Shown: piece after piece, positions 23,010 through 35,600 of the stretch | Numbering within the stretch: the stretch's first letter is position 1 | Layout of the letters: each line of letters begins with the position of its first letter | Assembly (NCBI GenBank): GCA_002269645.1 | Contig: NIVC01001676.1 | Coordinates: forward strand, 186,001 to 250,000 | Source of the DNA: Macrostomum lignano | Lineage: Eukaryota | Direction: 5' to 3' | DNA: 64,000 bases | Notes under the pieces: generated by a model | What the model saw: only the letters and a program-made list of their open reading frames with translations | What the model was told of the DNA's origin: nothing | Databases searched by the model: none | Program-made: the position numbers and the translations under genes

Positions 23010-24735
23010 TGCGCATGATTCGGCAGTTAATTCAAGTACACGATCCGAAGGTCATTCAGTGCGCGATCCGGCAGTTAATTCAAGTACACGATCCGAAGAT
23101 CACTCAGTGCATGATCCGGCAGCTAATTCAAGTACACGATCCGAAGTTCATTCAGTGCATGATTCGGCAGTTAATTTAAGTACACGATCCGAAGGTCATT
23201 CAGTGCGCGATCCGGGAGTTAATTCAAGTACACAATCCGAAGATCATTCAGTGCATGATCCGGCAGTTAATTCAAGTACACGATCCGAAGATCACTCAGT
23301 GCGCGATCCGGCAGTTAATTCAAGTACACGATCCGAAGGTCATTCATTGCATAATCCGGCAGTTAATTCAAGTACACGATCCGAAGTTCATTCAGTGCAT
23401 GATCCGGCAGTTAATTCAAGTACACGATCCGAAGGTCATTCATTGCATAATCCGGCAGTTAATTCAAGTACACGATCCGAAGGTCATTCAGTGCATGATC
23501 CGGCAGCTAATTCAAGTACACGATCCGAAGTTCATTCAGTGCATGATCCGGCAGCTAATTCAAGTACACGATCCGAAGGTCATTCAGTGCACGATCCGGC
23601 AGCTAATTCAAGTACACGATCCGAAGGTCATTCAGTGCATGATCCGGGAGTTAATTCAAGTACACGATCCGAAGGTCATTCAGTGCATGATCCGGCAGCT
23701 AATTCAAGTACACGGTCATTCAGTGCATGATCCGGCAGCTAATTCAAGTACACGGTCATTCAGTGCATGATCCGGCAGCTAATTCAAGTACACGATCCGA
23801 AGGTCATTCAGTGCATGATCCGGGAGTTAATTCAAGTACACGATCCGAAGGTCATTCAGTGCATGATCCGGCAGTTAATTCAAGTACACGATCCGAAGGT
23901 CATTCAGTGCATGATCCGGCAGCTAATTCAAGTACACGATCCGAAGGTCATTCAGTGCACGATCCGGCAGCTAATTCAAGTACACGATCCGAAGTTCATT
24001 CAGTGCATGATCCGGCAGCTAATTCAAGTACACGATCCGAAGGTCATTCAGCGCATGATCCGGCAGCTAATTCAAGTACACGGTCATTCAGTGCATGATC
24101 CGGCAGTTAATTCAAGTACACGGTCATTCAGTGCATGATCCGGCAGCTAATTCAAGTACACGGTCATTCAGTGCATGATCCGGGAGTTAATTCAAGTACA
24201 CGATCCGAAGGTCATTCAGTGCATGATCCGGCAGTTAATTCAAGTACACGATCCGAAGGTCATTCAGTGCACGATCCGGCAGTTAATTCAAGTACAGGAT
24301 CCGAAGGTCATTCAGTGCACGATCCGGCAGTTAATTCAAGTACACGATCCGAAGGTCTTTCAGTGCATGATCCGGCAGTTAATTCAAGTACACGATCCGA
24401 AGGTCATTCAGTGCACGATCCGGCAGCTAATTCAAGTACACGATCCGAAGGTCATTCAGTGCATGATCCGGTAGCTAATTCAAGTACACGGTCATTCAGT
24501 GCATGATCCGGCAGCTAATTCAAGTACACGATCCGAAGGTCATTCAGTGCATGATCCGGCAGCTAATTCAAGTACACGGTCATTCAGTGCATGATCCGGC
24601 AGTTAATTCAAGTACACGATCCGAAGGTCATTCAGTGCATGATCCGGCAGCTAATTCAAGTACACGGTCATTTAGTGCATGATCCGGCAGTTAATTCAAG
24701 TACACGATCCGAAGGTCATTCAGTGCGCGATCCGA
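23010..24735. repeat. 48-bp minisatellite with interspersed 40-bp deletion variants, about 37 units, between the PHYHD1 copies
   Basis: Unit GATCCGGCAGTTAATTCAAGTACACGATCCGAAGGTCATTCAGTGCAT; variant lacks GATCCGAA. Confidence 0.96.
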
Positions 24736-25258
24736 CAGGTCGTTTAGAAGCCACTTGAGACTGCGTCAATCTTTGAATGAAAAACTCAGAACATATTGCT
24801 GCTACAAGAAACTTGAAATTTTAAGTGTCCTGGGTGGAAGAGCGGTCACGTGACAGCTGGGTTTGTGGGACATACGGATGACTTGAATTTTGGCATTCAA
24901 ATCTGTTAAAAACAAGAATTTATAAATAGTAATTCATAAAGTTAGAGCAGAAAAAAAGTTAAAATTTAAATGTCAGTTTTATTTTGTTAAAATGAGATTC
25001 AGAACAAGTCAAAAAATTCATCAACAGAAAAAATTTGTTGCTTCAAACATTTTCAGGATAAAAAGCTACCGGGGTCCTTCAATAAAAAAAAGAATAAAAT
25101 TTACCTCTTAATTTGATGATTTCTTACAGTGGAGCATACAAAATAATGTCATAGATTTCTTATACCGGAAACAGACATTTTTTCAATAAAAATTTGCTTA
25201 CGGAAATTTCAGTGCTTTGGCTGCTGAAGTAAAGTGACACAAGCTTCAGTGTCTATGG

Positions 25259-26562
25259 TCATTCCTTCCATAGCAGCTCAAACCCGCTGCTCACATCCGG
25301 CGGGTTCATCCAGTTCTCGGCTGACCAGCTAATGCCGGGGGGCAGGTCGATCACGTGCCAGGTGTAGCAGTCTCTTGACTTCTGGCTGCGGTTCTCGTTG
25401 CTTCTGTGCAGCACAAAGCCGTCAATCAGCACCAGGGAGCCGCGCTTCACCTGCGAGTTTTGCACAAAGACTGGGGATGTAGGGCGGTACAAAGACTGGG
25501 GATGTAGGAGCGGTACAAAGACTGGGGATGTAGGGCGGTACAAAGACTGGGGATGTAGGGCGGTACAAAGACTGGGGATGTAGGAGCGGTACAAAGACTG
25601 AGGAAGTAGGGGCAGCACAAAGACTGAGGTTGTAGTAGGCGGAACAAAGACCGAGGTTCTATGAAGTGCACCACAAAGGCGACACAAAGACTAGTGACAT
25701 TACCAGGTGCCGCAAGACCCTCACCTCGCAAGGCACGTATCTCTCAATGGGCACGATCTCGTTGGGATCTCTGCCAACGAAAGTCATGCTAACCCGGCCG
25801 TCCTGGCCGATCTCCCGCTTGAACCGGCGTCCGTCCACCAGTCCGGAGCGGTGCGAGCCGGGCACGAACCACAGGCAGCCGTTCTCCTGCGTGGTGTCCT
25901 CCAGCGGGATCCAGTAGCCAATCAGGTGCGGCTCCGTCGGCTCCGTCCACAGGAAGGTGGCGTCCTGATGCGAGTCGACGCAACCGCCGATGCGCGGCTG
26001 CTTGAAGATGTACATGCTCTGGCAGATGCGGGGCACCTGCGGAGAGTCGGGACAGACAACAATAAGTCTGAAGAAGCTTTGAGAAGGCAAGGGTCAGGAA
26101 CAGCGTATAATGGAAGCACGTGGAATCCAGATCCTCGCTAATAGCTAATTTACTCACCTGGAATCCCAGATCCCTACTAATAGCCTGAGCCCTGGGATCA
26201 AAGGTGACGCGCCGGAAGCCGGGACACTCCACATGCAGGTAGTGGCCCAGCTTGTTGATGCACTGGTTGCGAGGAGCCGTCAGCTCGCCATTGTCGTTGA
26301 AGGCGTCCTTCTCAAAAAAGAAGGCCACCTTGTTCCAGCTGTCGAAGAAGTACTGCTGGGAGCGGTAGCTCTGCTTGGCCTCGTTGTCACGGTTCTTGGC
26401 GTCAAAGATGGTCCGGTGCTCGTCCAGGTTGAACGTGGCAGTCAGCTGGTGGCACTCTTTACGGAGCTCCTCGCACTGCTCAGGACTGAGGAAGCTGTCA
26501 ATCACCAGGTAGCCATTGTCAGCATAGAACTGGCGCTGCTCAGGGGTCAGGTAGCTTTGCAT
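25259..26562 (-). CDS. PHYHD1: PHYHD1-like, copy b, 302 aa; exons 26562-26158, 26036-25725, 25450-25259
   Basis: Same exon lengths (405, 312, 192) and motifs as copy a; GT-AG, phase 0. Confidence 0.93.
25463..25690. repeat. About 22-bp repeats (ACAAAGACTGGGGATGTAGGGCGGT) in PHYHD1-b intron 2
   Basis: Direct repeats running up to the acceptor. Confidence 0.85.
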
Positions 26563-26719
26563 TGCGCGCTGGAAAGAACATAAATGGTACACAAGTTTAT
26601 GATGGTATATTTCTAGTTCTACAAAGGTTCATAGATATAAAAGTTCTATCTATACTAGGGTTTTGTGGTATATATAGGAGTCATGGCATTCATGGTCATG
26701 AAATTTTTAAGTTCTAGAA

Positions 26720-27800
26720 TTTACTAGCAATCTACGCCCCCCCGTTGGGGAGCCAAAGAAATGCAATACACGTTTTTTTAATAAGCTACATGTATCCTTG
26801 AAATCTTAAAAAATCTCCTGTCAAACCTTGTAAGCCTTGACATGTCAGTTATCCCCCCCACAAGCTTTAACATATCAACTTCCCCCCCTTGACATCTCAG
26901 CAATGCCCCCAATAAGCCTTGGAAATCTAAAAATATCTGTCAACCTTCTAACCCTAACCCTAGCCTAACCCTAACCCTAACCCTAACCCTAAAGCATTGA
27001 AATTTCAGTAATTCTCTCTAAGAGTCATTATAGCACTACTACAGCATTATAGCGATTCCTTGCAAGCCTCAACATCGTAGGGATTCCCAAATGAATCTCT
27101 TAACTTCGACATGAAGCTTCTTTTATTTTTTACATTACGCTTTTTTTATCAGCGATCCCTCCCCTGAGGAGGCATCAAATAATGTAATAAAAAGTTTTCA
27201 ATAAACTTCATGTAGCTTCTGACTTTAGCCTTGAAATCTCATTTATACCCCCGTGAGCCTTGACATCTCAGCCATTCCCCCCGTAAGCCTTGACATGTCA
27301 GCGATGGCCCCCATAAACCTTGAAATCTAAAAAATCCCCTGTTATTCTGTTAACCTTGAAACCCGATAAAAATATAACCCTCAACCCACACCTGACCTAA
27401 ACCTAACTTTAACCCAACCTAAAGCCTTGAAATCTCAGCAATTCTTCTCCCCTAAGCCTTGACATTTTAGTGATTCTTTCTTTAAGAATCACAGCACTAT
27501 AACGATTTCCACCAAGCTTTGACATCGTAGCAATTCCCAAATGAATCTTTTAACTTCGACATGACTTTTCTTTTATGTATACATAGTGCTACTTTTATTT
27601 TTTACATGACTTTTCTTCTATCAGCGCCCCCCCGTGACGAGCCAACAAAGAATGCAATAAAAAAATTGAGTAAAGTACATGAACTTTGAAGTAGCTTCTG
27701 ACTTTTGCTTTGACATCTCAGAAACCCCCCCGTAATCTCAGTTATTCTCTGAGAGCCTTTACGTCTCAGTTTTTCTCCCCAGCACAGCATTATAGTTGCA
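26720..27800. repeat. Degenerate tandem blocks (about 430-470 bp) rich in CCTTGACATCTCAG subrepeats, with a (CCCTAA)n tract at about 26948-26992
   Basis: CGCCCCCC...AATGCAATA-like motif recurs near 26735, 27150 and 27625. Confidence 0.55.
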
Positions 27801-27899
27801 TTTAATTTTTACATGAACCCTTCATGTCTGACATGACGTTTCTTTTATTCTACCGTGACGCTTCTTAATTTTTTAAATGACACTTTCATTAGTTTTAAA

Positions 27900-28985
27900 T
27901 GAGGCTTCTATGATTTTTTCTTGACGCTTCTATGATTGTTTACATGACGCTTCTATGATTTTTCTTGACGCTTCTATGATTTTTACATGACGCTTCTATG
28001 ATTTTTATATGACGCTTCAATGATTTTTTACATGACGCTTCTATGATTTTTTACATGACGCTTGTATGATTTTTAAATGACGCTTCTATGATTGTTTACA
28101 TGACGCTTCTATGATTGTTTACATGACGCTTCTATGATTTTTAAATGACGCTTCTATGATTGTTTACATGACGCTTCTATGATTGTTTACATGACGTTTC
28201 TATGATTTTTTACATGACGCTTCTAAGACTTTTTACATGACGCTTCTATGATTGTTTACATGACGCTTCTATGATTGTTTACATGACGCTTCTATGATTG
28301 TTTACATGACGCTTCAATGATTGTTTACATGGCGCTTCTATGATTGTTTACATGACGCTTTTATGATTTTTTTTAAATAACGCTTCTATGATTTTTTACA
28401 TGACGCTTCTATGATTTTTTACATGACGCTTCTATGATTGTTTACATGACGCTTCTATGATTGTTTACATGACGCTTCTATGATTTTTTTTAAATAACGC
28501 TTCTATGATTTTTAAATGACGCTTCAATGATTTTTTACATGACGCTTCTATGATTTTTTACATGACGCTTCTATGATTTTTAAATGACGCTTCTATGATT
28601 GTTTACATGACGCTTCTATGATTGTTTACATGACGTTTCTATGATTTTTTACATGACGCTTCTATGATTGTTTACATGACGCTTCTATGATTGTTTACAT
28701 GACGCTTCTAAGACTTTTTACATGACGCTTCTATGATTGTTTACATGACGCTTCTATGATTGTTTACATGACGCTTCTATGATTGTTTACATGACGCTTC
28801 TATGATTGTTTACATGACGTTTCTATGATTTTTTACATGACGCTTCTAAGACTTTTTACATGACGCTTCTATGATTGTTTACATGACGCTTCTATGATTG
28901 TTTACATGACGCTTCTATGATTGTTTACATGACGCTTCTATGATTGTTTACATGACGCTTCAATGATTTTTACATGACGCTTCTT
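27900..28985. repeat. 22-23-bp minisatellite (ATGACGCTTCTATGATTGTTTAC), about 47 units
   Basis: Direct repeats with T-run length variation. Confidence 0.95.
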
Positions 28986-29379
28986 TTTAAAAAGTCTTTT
29001 AGTTTTCCTGACGTTGAAAAGCTTTAATTAAAAAATTATACTCTATGAAAATTCGAACCAATTCGAACCAAACTGCATTTAGCAGTTAAGTTTGTACACC
29101 TCTAGGCTAGCTCTCATCGTTTTGATAACATCAAATTTTGCACTTATATAATTCAACACTCTAAAATCCAAGCATAGAGTAAATCACACGAAGCAGTTAT
29201 GACATAATCAGTTTCTCAGTCAGTCAGTATCAGTTAACAATATGGTTACGCAATTTAAATCAAGTCTGGTGCTACGCTTCCACACTGCATTTTCAATTCA
29301 AGTCGGAGTTACAATTCAGTTATGATGCAATCTATTTCAGAGTCAGAATTCAACCAGTCATTTTTTTCTCTAGCATTCT

Positions 29380-29614
29380 TACAATGCATTTTTCAAGTCA
29401 AAAAGTTTGCTTGACCTTTGCAAAAAAGCATGTTTTTCGAATATTTAATGCCTTTAGCATCGAGCAATTTCTTAGCCACGATGCATGTACCGTCACGGGA
29501 AAATTTCTGATCGAACAGTGCAAGTTCGAACAAAATCGGTCCAGCCATTTTTTCTCTAATCGATCACATAGATAGATAGATAGATAGACACAGACAGACC
29601 ATTTTTAGTATATA
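29380..29614 (+). mobile_element. Probable non-autonomous Helitron/Lep1-like element 3' end
   Basis: AAAATCGGTCCAGCC followed by (GATA)n(GACA)n and TTTTAGTATATA, an arrangement I recall from invertebrate Lep1/HINE-type elements; not database-checked. Confidence 0.4.
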
Positions 29615-32600
29615 CGAGTGGAACTCCTCCTTCGGAGGAGAAAGGGGAAGAACTCCCATCACCGGAATTCTATTCCCTGAAATATCCATCAACCCTATCT
29701 TCCAAACCTATCAACCCTATCTATCTTCTGTCTTTAACCCTATCTTCCAAATCGTCTCCAAATTCTTTACAAAATCTTTCAAAGACCATAGCTCAAAGAC
29801 TCTCAAGTCTCTCATATCTCCTCTCTCCTCTCTCTCATCTCATCTCTACCCCTGCTCCCTTATTTATCTCTTCTCCCTCGTCTTTCGTCTGTACCTTCTC
29901 CTGTCTTCTGTCTCCTCTCTTCACTCTTATCTCTCCCTCTTCTCTCCTCTCTCATATGTCATCTCTACTCACTTATCTATCGTCTCTCTTAACCCTCTCT
30001 CTCTCTCTTCTCTTTTCTCTTCTCTCTGCTCTCATTTCTCATATTTCATATACGCTCTGACACTACTTTCTTGTCTCCCATCTTTCTTCCTCCTTTTCAC
30101 TATCCCCTGTCTCTTCTCCTCTCTCTTTTCTATTCTCTCCATTCTCTCTTTTCTCCTTTCCTTGCGGGGAATTGATATCCCCGGAATCCCATGGTTGGAA
30201 TGTTGAATCTGCAGAACTCCATATCGTAACCCTAACCCTAGCTCTTGGGCCAGCGAAATTGAGCTACTGAAACGATCGCCTGCCCCCGTTGATGCATATG
30301 CATTGCGCCATCACTGTCGCAGCCCGGTTCTCACAAATGTACACTGCATTTAGCCGAATTTATTCATTTATGCCGGCCTTGTTACTTGCAAGCGTACAGT
30401 AAAGATCTACAGTACAGTCTATAGCCCATGCACCTCCCCAAATGCACAGGGAGAGTCTAGGCTTGTGCATTGCACAGTCAGAATTGAAATTAATGAAACC
30501 CCTCCCCAGCCACTTAACGTTTTCACAATTGAAATCAAGAAATTTTCTATGACAAATTGCTCTGATGCAGTTGAGATTTCGGAACAGAAAATTATACCAT
30601 TCTGTTCAGTTTTTCAAACTCTTTCCAACGGTGTGATTCACTTTTCTGTAGCTTGAAAATTAAAAGCAGAAATTAAGGTGCAAGTTTTCCCGTTTCTTAC
30701 TTGCAGAGCGCAATGTACACTCTGTGATGAGTTAAAAAATCAAGCCATCCATTCTCGCGCAGTGTGCACCTCCACCCCTTTTTAACACTGAGCAAGTAGG
30801 CCGCCAATTCTCAAGTGCCGGCGACCCTCCCCAGCTGAAATGAAATACACTGCAGAGATAGGAGAAAAGTTGTGGCGCAACCATACAAAATAGCGTCAAG
30901 TGGGATGGGAAGTCCATGGAATGCGATATATAGACATCTGGTCTGGCTGTCTGGTTTGTGCTGTTTTCTGCTTTTTTGAAGCACTTAAAATTGAAATTTG
31001 AAAATGAATTTTAAACTGTAGCATCGTCGGGACATTTGACATGTTTTGGTACCGGTTTGAAAGTTGAGTTGCAAGAATCCTAGGAGGAGATCGTCGACAA
31101 ACCCGGCCCACCGGCCCACCCTACCACCGGACCACGACGTCAGCTTTAGTATATAGACGAGTGGAACTCCTCCTCTGGAGGAGAAAGGGGAAGAACTCCC
31201 ATCACCGGAATTCTGAAGGGGAAGAACTCCTATCAGCTGAAATTCAATGAATTGAATCCCATCTTCCAAATCATCTCCAAATCCTCTACAATCTATCAAC
31301 TCCCATCTCTCATCTCTTGCGCCCTGCGCTCTGATTTTTATTTTTACTCTCTTCTTTCTCCTCACTAATTACTCCTCTCTACACTTTCATCTCTCTCATC
31401 TCTGATCTTTCATCTCTCTTCTCCCTCCTCTCTCCCTTCTCTCGCTTCTCTCTCTCCTCTATTCCTACTCTTCTCGCTTATCTCTTCTCTCTCATATCTC
31501 ATCTCTACTCCCTTATTTATCTCTTCTCCCTCGCCTTTCGTCTGTACCCTCTCCTGTCTACTCTCATATCTTCTCTCTTATCTCTCCCCTTTTCTCTCCT
31601 CTCTCATATCTCATCTCTACTCACTTATCTATCGTCTCCGCTCTACTTTCTCTCTTCCCTTTTCTCTCTTCTCTCTGCTTTCATTACTCGTATCTCTTAT
31701 ACGCTCTCACCCTCTCCTTTCTTATCTACCATCTTTCTTCCCTTTCTACTGCATCACCTGTCTCCTCTCCTCTCTTTTCTCTCCTCTCCATTCCCTCTTC
31801 TCTCCTCTTATCTCCCCTCATCTCTTCTCTAATCTCTCCTCTCTCCTCTCTCATATCTCTTCTCTACTCACTTATCTATTCTCTCTCCCCTTTTACACTT
31901 TCCTATATGCTCTCACTCTCACCCTCTCCTTTCTTATATCCTGTTTTTTTACACTCTTTTCTATCACCTGTCTCCTCTCGTTTCTCTCCTCTCTGCACTC
32001 TCATCTTTACCCTCTTCTTTCTCCTCACTACTTTCTTCTCTTGAATCTCTGATCTCTGATCTTTCATCTCTCTCCTCTCACCTCTCACCTCTCTTCTCTC
32101 TTTCCTCTCTTTTATTGCCTCTGTACGCTCTTATCCCTCCTTTCTTTTCTCTCCTGTCTCCTCTCTGCTATCTCATATCTCCTCTCTCATATCCTCTCCC
32201 TTCATCTCCTCTCTCCTCTTCTCTTTTCTCTTCCTTCGTTCCCGCCTTACTCTCCTCTTCTCTCCCATCTGTCATGTCTAATCTCTCCATTCATTTCTAC
32301 TCTGTTTTCTATCATCTCATCTCTCTTCTCTTTTCATTCTTCTCTTTACTCTCTTCTCTGACTGATTGAAGATGCCAAATCCATCAAGATCCTCTCCGCG
32401 AAGCAGAAAAATCCTGTCCGTGCAACTGAAAACCATCGAAATCCTCTCCGTGAAACTGGACTCCTTCGAAATCCTCTCCTTGAAACTTAAATCCATCAAA
32501 ATGGTCTCCATAAAACAGAAATCAATCATAAATTATCTCCGCGAAACAGAAATCCCCTCCGTGAAGCTGAACATCATCGAAATCCTCTCCGTGAAACTGA

Positions 32601-35600
32601 ACATCATCGAAATCCTTTCCACGAAAGTGAACGCCATCGAAATCCTCTCCACGAAACTGAACACCATCGAAATCCTCTCCACGAAACAGAAATCCTCTTC
32701 GTCAAAATTAAAACATTGAAATCGTCTCCGCTAAACTGGACTCAATCGCATTTTTTCCGTCAAACAACTCAACTCTCCGGATTCATTGGTTAGGGTTAGG
32801 GTTAGGGTTAGGGTTAGAACTACGCACAGGTTTGTGTTAAAAGGCACTGATAAAAATATTGAACTAATTGAATCAATTCATTGCGCAACTGATTTCACAG
32901 TCAGTCAGTCAATCTAAATCAACCCTCCAATACACAGCAGCAGTGAGAAGTTGAACCCTCCCCCAACTTTATCTATTACGTCTCGCAAAACTGAGTACAA
33001 TTTTTGCAGAAAGTTAAAAGTATGGAAATAGTTTTTCAAATGCTGTGCTTTTTCTTTTCATATTCAAAGCAAACAACTTATATCCCCGAACTCAGCGTTG
33101 CAAGATCTTTCCAGCAATATAAGTTTCTCCTCTCAAAGTTTAAAACTCGAGGAACAGTTAGCGTTTGAAATTTACCGATTTCCCGACTTCTTGCTAGAGA
33201 AGCTCGCAAGTTTATTCATTGAATTTCACTGCCCAACTAATACACAGGGCCGATAATAAAACCAATTGAATCTCGGCACAGTTCTATCTATCTTTTTACA
33301 CTGTACAACAGCTATGTACACTCAGTCCAAGCCCAACCCCCGTTACGGGGGAAGCATTAAATTTAACTCAACCCGCCAACACGCGGGGGTTTTATTTGCA
33401 TTGAACGTAGAACACGCGCACCCACCACCCCTCAATACACAGCGGCCCGCGGGCGGAGGTTGGGGTGGCTATTTTTACAAACTGGCTGAAGCCCCAGGCA
33501 GAGTGGCAAAAGAAGGTTATTGGGGGTCAAAAAAGCAGTTTACACTGCGGTGATTCATTTATTTAATCTCAATATTATCTCCAGCCAATCACTCAATATG
33601 AAAATCAGTCTATAGCCCATGCACCTCCCCAAATGCACAGGGAGAGTCTAGGCTTGTGCATTGCACAGTCAGAATTGAAATTAATGAAACCCCTCCCCAG
33701 CCACTTAACGTTTTCACAATTGAAATCAAGAAATTTTCTATGACAAATTGCTCTGATGCAGTTGAGATTTCGGAACAGAAAATTATACCATTCTGTTCAG
33801 TTTTTCAAACTCTTTCCAACGGTGTGATTCACTTTTCTGTAGCTTGAAAATTAAAAGCAGAAATTAAGGTGCAAGTTTTCCCGTTTCTTACTTGCAGAGC
33901 GCAATGTACACTCTGTGATGAGTTAAAAAATCAAGCCATCCATTCTCGCGCAGTGTGCACCTCCACCCCTTTTTAACACTGAGCAAGTAGGCCGCCAATT
34001 CTCAAGTGCCGGCGACCCTCCCCCAGCTGAAATGAAATACACTGCAGAGATAGGAGAAAAGTTGTGGCGCAACCATACAAAATAGCGTCAAGTGGGATGG
34101 GAAGTCCATGGAATGCGATATATAGACATCTGGTCTGGCTGTCTGGTTTGTGCTGTTTTCTGCTTTTTTGAAGCACTTAAAATTGAAATTTGAAAATGAA
34201 TTTTAAACTGTAGCATCGTCGGGACATTTGACATGTTTTGGTACCGGTTTGAAAGTTGAGTTGCAAGAATCCTAGGAGGAGATCGTCGACAAACCCGGCC
34301 CACCGGCCCACCCTACCACCGGACCACGACGTCAGCTTTAGTATATAGACGAGTGGAACTCCTCCTCTGGAGGAGAAAGGGGAAGAACTCCCATCACCGG
34401 AATTCTGAAGGGGAAGAACTCCTATCAGCTGAAATTCAATGAATTGAATCCCATCTTCCAAATCATCTCCAAATCCTCTACAATCTATCAACTCCCATCT
34501 CTCATCTCTTGCGCCCTGCGCTCTGATTTTTATTTTTACTCTCTTCTTTCTCCTCACTAATTACTCCTCTCTACACTTTCATCTCTCTCATCTCTGATCT
34601 TTCATCTCTCTTCTCCCTCCTCTCTCCCTTCTCTCGCTTCTCTCTCTCCTCTATTCCTACTCTTCTCGCTTATCTCTTCTCTCTCATATCTCATCTCTAC
34701 TCCCTTATTTATCTCTTCTCCCTCGCCTTTCGTCTGTACCCTCTCCTGTCTACTCTCATATCTTCTCTCTTATCTCTCCCCTTTTCTCTCCTCTCTCATA
34801 TCTCTTCTCTACTCACTTATCTATTCTCTCTCCCCTTTTACACTTTCCTATATGCTCTCACTCTCACCCTCTCCTTTCTTATATCCTGTTTTTTTACACT
34901 CTTTTCTATCACCTGTCTCCTCTCGTTTCTCTCCTCTCTGCACTCTCATCTTTACCCTCTTCTTTCTCCTCACTACTTTCTTCTCTTGAATCTCTGATCT
35001 CTGATCTTTCATCTCTCTCCTCTCACCTCTCACCTCTCTTCTCTCTTTCCTCTCTTTTATTGCCTCTGTACGCTCTTATCCCTCCTTTCTTTTCTCTCCT
35101 GTCTCCTCTCTGCTATCTCATATCTCCTCTCTCATATCCTCTCCCTTCATCTCCTCTCTCCTCTTCTCTTTTCTCTTCCTTCGTTCCCGCCTTACTCTCC
35201 TCTTCTCTCCCATCTGTCATGTCTAATCTCTCCATTCATTTCTACTCTGTTTTCTATCATCTCATCTCTCTTCTCTTTTCATTCTTCTCTTTACTCTCTT
35301 CTCTGACTGATTGAAGATGCCAAATCCATCAAGATCCTCTCCGCGAAGCAGAAAAATCCTGTCCGTGCAACTGAAAACCATCGAAATCCTCTCCGTGAAA
35401 CTGGACTCCTTCGAAATCCTCTCCTTGAAACTTAAATCCATCAAAATGGTCTCCATAAAACAGAAATCAATCATAAATTATCTCCGCGAAACAGAAATCC
35501 TCTCCGTGAAGCTGAACATCATCGAAATCCTCTCCGTGAAACTGAACATCATCGAAATCCTTTCCACGAAAGTGAACGCCATCGAAATCCTCTCCACGAA

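Noticed and set aside
22837-24506. Mucin-like repeat protein (VNSSTRSEGHSVHDPA)n
   Set aside because: Two frames are equally open, 40-bp units break the frame, and there is no credible start or splice context.
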